From the NCBI GenBank assembly GCA_022600255.1, contig JAHZKU010000228.1, forward strand, positions 1 through 38,308: 38,308 nt of DNA. The letters run 5' to 3'. The notes beneath the pieces were generated by a model that had not been told where the DNA came from, did not search any database, and saw only the letters and a list, made by a program, of their open reading frames with translations. This stretch comes from Actinomycetes bacterium (GTDB taxonomy: Bacteria; Actinomycetota; Actinomycetes; S36-B12; GCA-2699445). Shown piece after piece: positions 32,661 to 38,308 of the stretch (position 1 is its first letter; each line of letters begins with the position of its first letter). The translations under genes and the position numbers were made by a program.

Positions 32661-35567
32661 TCAACTCAACGGTGCTGTCACGGCGAGAACATCGCCGTGA
32701 CCAGACCCTCCACCCTCACTTGCGCGTTGTAGCTGACCAATCAGATCCAGAGTCGCGGCCTCCGGCTCGAGGGAAAACCGCTCAAGGTCCGCCAGCAAAG
32801 CGTGGGCCCGAGTCTGAGCGGCACTGTGATCAACGGCCGCCAGCGCCTTGAGTTGGTTGCGGTGCAGCGGCTCGCACCAGGGATCCACGCTCAACCCGAT
32901 ACCGGCGATTGCGGCGGCTTCAGTGAAATCGCATTGCTGCAGCAACCGAACGCTGAGCTCAAACGCGGCATCGGTGAGGTGGGGGGTCATCAGATGTTGT
33001 TGCCCGGCTGCCCACCCGAAGCGGCTAGAGGCCACCGCGAACGGGCGCCCTCGCACTAGTTGCATAGCGGCTCGTAGGTCTTGGTCCGTGGCTGCGTACG
33101 CGCCGCTAGGAAGCAACTCTTGAAAGGCATCCCAATCGGTGCGGATTGCGGAATTGATTCGACAGACGTCAGCGTGGTCGTACTCAAACCAGAAATCGCC
33201 ATTCGGCTGCGTTCCAAACCAACGGCGCGTACGACTCAACAACCCCGACCGCATGGCCCGCGACGTCCCGTCCGTGTTGCCTGGCCAGATGGCCGCCTCG
33301 AACTCCGCTGGTGTCGCCTGTGGATTGAGGGCCAGGAATGCGGCCAACTCTAGGCAGCGCTCACGTTTCTCCGGCTCAATCGGGCCGTCCACCCCACTAA
33401 CGGCCGGTTCGCCCAGAATGAGAATGTGCGGAACGGCTGTGCCGTCCCGCATGATGTCAGCTGGCCGCGGTGCGAGTTCGGGCTGAGTGCTCGGGCGCTC
33501 TTGTTCGGGTGTGTGGGCTGCGGCCGACAGGATGTCAGCCAAGGGAGGCTCGTCCGAGGCGAGGGTCGGTTGTGTCGCGGGTGAGTCGGCCGCTTGGGAC
33601 TCCTGAAATGCCCGCAAAATTTCACCGTAGTCGTCATCGGACACACGCTGCGGTTCCAGCCGGATCCCGAGCGGTTGCAGGGTAACGGAGTCAGGCTGCT
33701 GGGGGTCTTGCTCCAGATACCACTGCCCGATGCTGTCTTGAACGGTGATTGCTGAGACCCCCGTTCTGGGTGTTGTGGCGATCGCAGACCCAAGTTGATC
33801 GCGATCGGTTTCGCTCAGATGTTTGGGGGCCATGACCACTTCGGGGTTCCAGTACTCCCCGGTCGGCGAGGTTCTGACTTCAGCTAGTGACAACCCCTTG
33901 GCTCGCATCTGGCCAGAATCACGGCTCACGCGAGCTACTAGCTTTGCCAGGTAGGGCTGCGGTGCTTGTTGGAAGTTGACCCGACCGGTCCTGAGCGCTG
34001 GGTCCAAATCCGCCAACCAGTTCAGGGCCGTCACCTGCAGGTCGTCGGCCCACGCGCTGGTGACCAGATCCAGGGCCAGGGCATTCAGGACTTCCTGTAC
34101 GTAGCCAGGTTCCCCAAAGAGTCCAAGCGCAGCGACGTGATCTAGATCGACCAGGACGTGGCATTCTCGACCCGGAGACAGGTCATGTCCGAGGGTGACC
34201 AACGCCGGGTACGGAGAGGGCATTTCACGCCGCTGATCCGAGGCGGGTTCCTGTGGCTGTTCCAAGGACCACACTGTTCCGTCCGCGTTACCGCGCCACG
34301 GTGCGGGGAGTTGCTTTGGCTCTGCGAGATGAAGGTCGAATTGGTACTCGTAGAGCTTGGCGACTCTGATGCTGGGCAGCTTGCTGGACGCGTCGTGAAG
34401 GTCGAGGGCCAGTTGGCGTAGGGCGGAATCGACTCGTTGCACACTCATGGGATCTGCCAACGCCGTGATATCACGGACGATCTGCGGCTCCTCCGGTTCG
34501 CTGAGCGCAATCGGCGAGCCGGGGTGGCGCCGGCGCCGTTGTCTGAGTCGAATACTCGCCAGGCCGGTGGCCAAGCCGGCCGCGAGAATCGCTCCGATAC
34601 CAGCGGATGCGCGGACAGCCGGAGCATAGGACGTCTCCGACTCCGATCGCGCCAGTGGCGGCAGGGTTGCGGTGCCACCGACCTCTTCCCGAACCACTTC
34701 GCCAGAGGCTCCTCCCGCCGCTGGTCTTTTCTGGCGGGAGTTGTCGGCTCCCGATTTCGCGGCGGATGCGCGCTCAGTATTCTCGGCTGGTTGCCCAACG
34801 CTGGAACCGCCCGCAGTCTCGTCGGACGACTCCCTCGCCTCGGAACCACCAGCGGGTTCGTCGGTCGGCTTCTGTGCGCTGGGCGCGACTCGGTCACGGG
34901 TGGGGGGCGACTCTTGGTCGGTTGGGACTACGAGGGTCCAGCCAGGCTCGATATGGTCCGGATCGGTTAGGCGCCGACCATCTTCCTGCCGCACCGAGCG
35001 AGAAGCTTGATAGATCTCTGGATACCGATCACCGTCGTCCCACTCATCCTCAGCAATTCCCCACAACGTGTCTCCAGCGGCCACAACATACCTATCCGCT
35101 GCCGAATCCCCCGCCTTCCCCGGCGTTTCGTATCCCGATGGCGAAACCACTAGTGGTGCGAGGTGGCTAGCCGCCACCGGAGGCTCAGCCGTGGCCGTGG
35201 CGGCCGCTGATAGCGGCAATGCCAATAGGGCGATACCGGCCACCAGCCGGCGAGCCAGACCGCGCGGCCCGATCGCACTCAGGCCCTGCTGGACCGATCC
35301 GAGCGCGGCTGCTCTTGCCTCGGCCAGGAAACTCACGGCGAAGATGAGCCACCCCACCCAAGCCCCATAGGCCAAGGTGGTTAAGAGCAGCTGGCCGCTG
35401 TCCGGTTTGGTCAGGCCACCGACGATGGCCTCAAAAGGCGGTACCGACTCAGGAATCGGGGAACCTTGCAGCAGAACCAGGGCCGCCGGAATGCCGAACA
35501 GCAGCCCAACCGTCAGTAGCAGTGCCCCGAATCCGAATAGCACTTGACCCACACGGTTTTTCCTCAT
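32661..35567 (-). CDS. Polytopic membrane protein with an extracytoplasmic LysM domain and a C-terminal cytoplasmic wHTH + BTAD (SARP-like) module
   Basis: 968 aa from the ATG at 35567 (ATGA overlap with the upstream stop). TM helices at about residues 18-45, 73-92, 117-136 and 331-350 (track-ORF numbering), the last followed by RLRQRRRRH. LysM YVVAAGDTLWGIAEDEW..YPEIYQAS..IEPGWTLVVP (about nt 34923-35090). C-terminus (about nt 32664-33362) has LELAAFLALNPQATPAEFEAAIWPG..LLSRTRRWFG, then DWDAFQELL..LVRGRPFA..DPWCEPLHRNQLKALAA. Confidence 0.8.
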   Translation of the reverse strand: MRKNRVGQVLFGFGALLLTVGLLFGIPAALVLLQGSPIPESVPPFEAIVGGLTKPDSGQLLLTTLAYGAWVGWLIFAVSFLAEARAAALGSVQQGLSAIGPRGLARRLVAGIALLALPLSAAATATAEPPVAASHLAPLVVSPSGYETPGKAGDSAADRYVVAAGDTLWGIAEDEWDDGDRYPEIYQASRSVRQEDGRRLTDPDHIEPGWTLVVPTDQESPPTRDRVAPSAQKPTDEPAGGSEARESSDETAGGSSVGQPAENTERASAAKSGADNSRQKRPAAGGASGEVVREEVGGTATLPPLARSESETSYAPAVRASAGIGAILAAGLATGLASIRLRQRRRRHPGSPIALSEPEEPQIVRDITALADPMSVQRVDSALRQLALDLHDASSKLPSIRVAKLYEYQFDLHLAEPKQLPAPWRGNADGTVWSLEQPQEPASDQRREMPSPYPALVTLGHDLSPGRECHVLVDLDHVAALGLFGEPGYVQEVLNALALDLVTSAWADDLQVTALNWLADLDPALRTGRVNFQQAPQPYLAKLVARVSRDSGQMRAKGLSLAEVRTSPTGEYWNPEVVMAPKHLSETDRDQLGSAIATTPRTGVSAITVQDSIGQWYLEQDPQQPDSVTLQPLGIRLEPQRVSDDDYGEILRAFQESQAADSPATQPTLASDEPPLADILSAAAHTPEQERPSTQPELAPRPADIMRDGTAVPHILILGEPAVSGVDGPIEPEKRERCLELAAFLALNPQATPAEFEAAIWPGNTDGTSRAMRSGLLSRTRRWFGTQPNGDFWFEYDHADVCRINSAIRTDWDAFQELLPSGAYAATDQDLRAAMQLVRGRPFAVASSRFGWAAGQQHLMTPHLTDAAFELSVRLLQQCDFTEAAAIAGIGLSVDPWCEPLHRNQLKALAAVDHSAAQTRAHALLADLERFSLEPEAATLDLIGQLQRASEGGGSGHGDVLAVTAPLS

Positions 35568-36373
35568 TCTCGCCGGCCCTTGGTCACTGGTGCCTGGCAC
35601 AGGTTCCGCTCCGAAGTGGCCGCAACCGCCTCTGCGCAGTCACGGACACTCAACGCATATGGGGATCGGGCTAGCTCCGGTGGCGGTGCCGTACCCAGAC
35701 TGTAGATTTCGGCTCGTACCGGATCCAGTTGGATGCTCTGGTAGTCGCAGATCTGCAACAATTCAGCGATCTCGCGGATCGAATGGGGTTGATTCGGCCC
35801 GACAACACACAGGAATCCCGGTGGTGGCTGGATCCGATGCTGAGCGGCTGATTGCTGACGGGTTTGCGACAGAAGGTCCCAAGCAGACGTGGCGGCTGCG
35901 ACACCGGAGAGGGTGGAGCGACTCACCACCACCAGGACATCTGCGGCCTGGGTAAAAACTGCGACATCCTGGGGCCAGTTGACGCGCCCGACATCCACAA
36001 ACACGTCTGCAGACGCAGCGTCAGCGTAGGCCAAGCATGCGGCCAACAGCTCGGTTTGGAACTGCGGCAACTGCTCACGATTCACCCCAATGGCTTCGCC
36101 GGCAAGCACCGAAGCAACACTACTGCCGATCGGCGCCAACGCCCCGGGCAACTCGGCTGCGAGGTTGTCGCCCTTACGCCAAGTCTGCGCCAATGACGCG
36201 AGTCCGGCAGCCGGGTCCAACGTTCCTCGGAACAGCCCGGCCGCGATCGCGCTCGCGGTATTCGTGTCGGCCTCGACAATGATCGCCGGCTTGTGCCAAA
36301 CCGATGCCATCGCTAGCACCGACGTGGTTGTTCCCGGCGCACCGCTACCGGACCCGAAAACGATCAAACTCAT
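35564..36373 (-). CDS. ParA/MinD/TadZ-like P-loop NTPase-fold protein with a degenerate Walker A (no lysine)
   Basis: ATG at 36373 with GAGGGAG SD. MSLIVFGSGSGAPGTTTSVLAMA occupies the position of KGGxGK(T/S)T. IIVEAD and DVFVDVG occupy the A'/Walker B positions. Confidence 0.7.
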   Translation of the reverse strand: MSLIVFGSGSGAPGTTTSVLAMASVWHKPAIIVEADTNTASAIAAGLFRGTLDPAAGLASLAQTWRKGDNLAAELPGALAPIGSSVASVLAGEAIGVNREQLPQFQTELLAACLAYADAASADVFVDVGRVNWPQDVAVFTQAADVLVVVSRSTLSGVAAATSAWDLLSQTRQQSAAQHRIQPPPGFLCVVGPNQPHSIREIAELLQICDYQSIQLDPVRAEIYSLGTAPPPELARSPYALSVRDCAEAVAATSERNLCQAPVTKGRRE

Positions 36374-36430
36374 GCGGCTCCCTCGATTGACAGGCAATCC
36401 GAATGAGGAAACCGTAGAACGGCAGCCCAG

Positions 36431-36478
36431 TGCCAGCTAGGGGTGGAAGTACCCCAAAGCGCGTCGTTGGAGCTGGCA
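36431..36478 (-). promoter_or_regulatory. Nested inverted repeats TGCCAGCT...AGCTGGCA (outer, 8 bp) and GGGGT-GGAAGT-ACCCC (inner), in the only non-overlapping junction of the operon
   Basis: Read directly. Begins 10 nt downstream of the TadG-like stop codon (36489-36491). Confidence 0.4.
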
Positions 36479-36488
36479 GCGGCCAAAC

Positions 36489-36920
36489 TCACGGGGCACC
36501 GACCCGGTGCACTAGCGTGGCTTCGGCATACCCAGACACCTCCATGGAGTGGATACCCAAAAGCCCCAGAAACACCGGCTTGACGGTATCTCGCGTTGTG
36601 ACCCTAACGAGTTGACCGGACTGGCTAACACTGACATCGCCGTCGAACCCGGTTAGGCGAAGGTAGTCTCTTGCCTTGTTCCGGGCTAGTCCTGGGTCCA
36701 GCCGGACTCGTCCCTGCGCCATCGCCTCTGCCGCGATGATCTGCTGGCCTCCCGCTCGGGCGGCTTCTGCAGCAACCGCATCGGCCATCTGCGTGCCACG
36801 AATCTTCGCACCACCGTCAACTACCAGGCCGATAGCCCCTAGCAACACCACGCTGAGCACAATCATGAGCAGACTCAGCGACCCGGCTTCCTCGTCCTCA
36901 ATACAGGTGGGGGCGCTCAT
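36489..36920 (-). CDS. TadG-like / Tad N-terminal-domain pseudopilin-like protein
   Basis: 143 aa. EDEEAGSLSLLMIVLSVVLLGAIGLVVDGGAKIR matches the Flp-pilus-assembly TadG N-terminal pattern (acidic/Gly, hydrophobic helix, VDxG). ATGA overlap with the upstream gene. Confidence 0.65.
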   Translation of the reverse strand: MSAPTCIEDEEAGSLSLLMIVLSVVLLGAIGLVVDGGAKIRGTQMADAVAAEAARAGGQQIIAAEAMAQGRVRLDPGLARNKARDYLRLTGFDGDVSVSQSGQLVRVTTRDTVKPVFLGLLGIHSMEVSGYAEATLVHRVGAP

Positions 36921-37405
36921 GATTCCCGGCCCCGGTAGGTATCCAACGGTGACGTTGCTTCAGCCTCCAGCAATCGTGATCCCGGCAGTCCCGGAATGGC
37001 CAGGTCGGCCAACGGCACCCGACACTGCACAGCTGCACCCACTCTCGCGGGCCTGCCAACCGGCTTTGCGAACCCACTGGTGTCGAGGCGAACCCCGACA
37101 TCAGCACACTGCAGCCCCTGCTCGTGAATGATTCGAGTGGCCGTGGCTGTTGCCTGTGACTGGGCTGCACTTGCTGAGCGCGCCAGCGATGCTGTCCGGG
37201 CCGCTTCGAACGCAGCCGCCTCGACAGCCTGACCTGCGATGGCAATCCGACCACCCGCGATCGCGGTCGAGACAAGCAACAGGAATGCCGCAGCCACGAT
37301 AGTCAGTTCCAAGGTGCTGGAACCGGTATCGGGTGCGCGACCCAAGACTCGTCGTCCGGCTTGGCCTGTCCCAGGAATGCAATCGATAGAACCTGCTCTA
37401 GTCAT
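36917..37405 (-). CDS. TadE-like pseudopilin
   Basis: 162 aa. ..APDTGSSTLELTIVAAAFLLLVSTAIAGG matches the TadE motif (G-S-x-x-x-E + hydrophobic helix). ATGA overlap with the upstream gene. Confidence 0.7.
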   Translation of the reverse strand: MTRAGSIDCIPGTGQAGRRVLGRAPDTGSSTLELTIVAAAFLLLVSTAIAGGRIAIAGQAVEAAAFEAARTASLARSASAAQSQATATATRIIHEQGLQCADVGVRLDTSGFAKPVGRPARVGAAVQCRVPLADLAIPGLPGSRLLEAEATSPLDTYRGRES

Positions 37406-38308
37406 CGGCGCACCAACAACTGCAGTTCGCCGATCCGCACTTGAGTCGTCGACTCGAGTTCAAACCGGAACTGGCCAGACTGACCGTTGCCGATTCCGGT
37501 CTCCGCCCAATCCACGACCCAGTACGATCGCGCACTCACGGAGTAGGCCTGACCTAGTCTGCGGTCGGAGGCCTCGTAGTACACATGACCACAACTCGGC
37601 GAGGGCTGCGCCCCGTCACGCTTTCGATACCGCTGCCCCGGTCCGGTGCAGGTGACGCTCGTGCCGTCTCCCATGTCCCAGACCGTTTTGGCCACGTAGG
37701 CCCGGGCCGTGACCGACACTGGCCCAGCCGTCGCCGTCACCGTCTTCGGCTCCGATCGGCTGGCCCACTGGTTATCAGCCGGGGCATCCACCCATAGCCA
37801 GGTCGGCAAAGCAACAAGGCCGGTTGATCCCGCTGGGGGCGTGATGCCAATCCGAAAGGGCTGGAGTTGCATGGAATCGGTCGCAGATTCAGCCAGCTCG
37901 ATCGGAGGCGGTCCGGCAGCGGGTGGTTGCGCCGCCCAGAAGGGCGGCAGGTGACGTAGCGGCACCATCGGAGACAGGCAATCGAAGATCTGACCCGTCC
38001 GGTTGCCCTGCCAAACTGGATCCGACTTAGGTGGCTGCGGATCGCGTAGCGACACGTAGCATTGCCGCGAAGGACTCCACGAACTCCCGGGTCGGAAGCA
38101 CGGAACATCGGCGCCCTGGAATGCGCAACGCTGTTCACCACCAGGACGACCCCCAGCAGGCGCAGCGTCCTGACTCGGCGGCGCCCAGTCGGCGATCACG
38201 GTAACGCTTCCGTGGGCGGCATTTGAGGGGGCGTTCGGATTCTTGAGGTCGCCAAGGGCTGGCCATGCCACACCCGACACCACGAGCACAATGCCGATTG
38301 CCGAAACC
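37402..38308 (-). CDS. N-terminally anchored Pro-rich protein with a PKD-like C-terminal beta domain; 5' end beyond the window
   Basis: The frame stays open to the window edge (..VSAIGIVLVVSGVAWPALG is a hydrophobic anchor), and the track start at 38289 is only a GTG inside that helix. C-terminal LPTWLWVD..KTVWDMGDGTSVTCTGPG..CGHVYY..YSVSARSYWVVDW resembles the PKD WDFGDG...HxY pattern. Confidence 0.6.
   Translation of the reverse strand, partial: VSAIGIVLVVSGVAWPALGDLKNPNAPSNAAHGSVTVIADWAPPSQDAAPAGGRPGGEQRCAFQGADVPCFRPGSSWSPSRQCYVSLRDPQPPKSDPVWQGNRTGQIFDCLSPMVPLRHLPPFWAAQPPAAGPPPIELAESATDSMQLQPFRIGITPPAGSTGLVALPTWLWVDAPADNQWASRSEPKTVTATAGPVSVTARAYVAKTVWDMGDGTSVTCTGPGQRYRKRDGAQPSPSCGHVYYEASDRRLGQAYSVSARSYWVVDWAETGIGNGQSGQFRFELESTTQVRIGELQLLVRR

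Noticed and set aside
1-38308. CRISPR arrays, IS elements, toxin-antitoxin or known defence modules
   Set aside because: I saw no regularly spaced repeats, transposase/integrase-like ORFs, or nuclease/helicase/methylase-like products anywhere in the window.

Overview
High-GC Actinomycetota chromosomal core segment, almost entirely minus-strand. It follows the gene order I recall from Streptomyces-type genomes (from memory, not searched): proB-obg-rpmA-rplU-rne, then a B12/radical-SAM pair. Next come rodA-pbp2-mreD-mreC-mreB-ndk-DUF4233-folC, divergent valS, then clpX-clpP2-clpP1-tig with tRNA-Pro and tRNA-Gly. Many junctions are ATGA start/stop overlaps (mreC/mreD, pbp2/rodA, clpP1/clpP2). 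Four stretches break the housekeeping pattern. (1) 20226-24452 holds a divergent pair: a Lys-rich secreted protein with a Cys-His-Asp motif layout, and an 807-aa Pro/Ala-rich single-pass membrane protein carrying Trp-acidic repeats. A 14-bp-stem palindrome lies between them. (2) 27423-28473 is a YcnI-like copper-protein gene plus a hypothetical gene, wedged between tig and clpP1. (3) 30551-32514 holds an orphan small ORF and a lone glpK beside the tRNAs. (4) 32661-38308 is the best candidate for an uncharacterised system. It is a translationally coupled operon of Tad pseudopilin-like genes, a ParA/TadZ-like protein with no Walker A lysine, and a 968-aa LysM / 4-TM / wHTH+BTAD membrane protein. 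I saw no CRISPR array, transposase, integrase or recognisable defence genes. All calls rest on reading the translated ORFs and hand-checking start codons, SD sequences and hairpins. No database search or computation was run. The ORF track prints M for GTG/TTG starts, so several starts were re-assigned.
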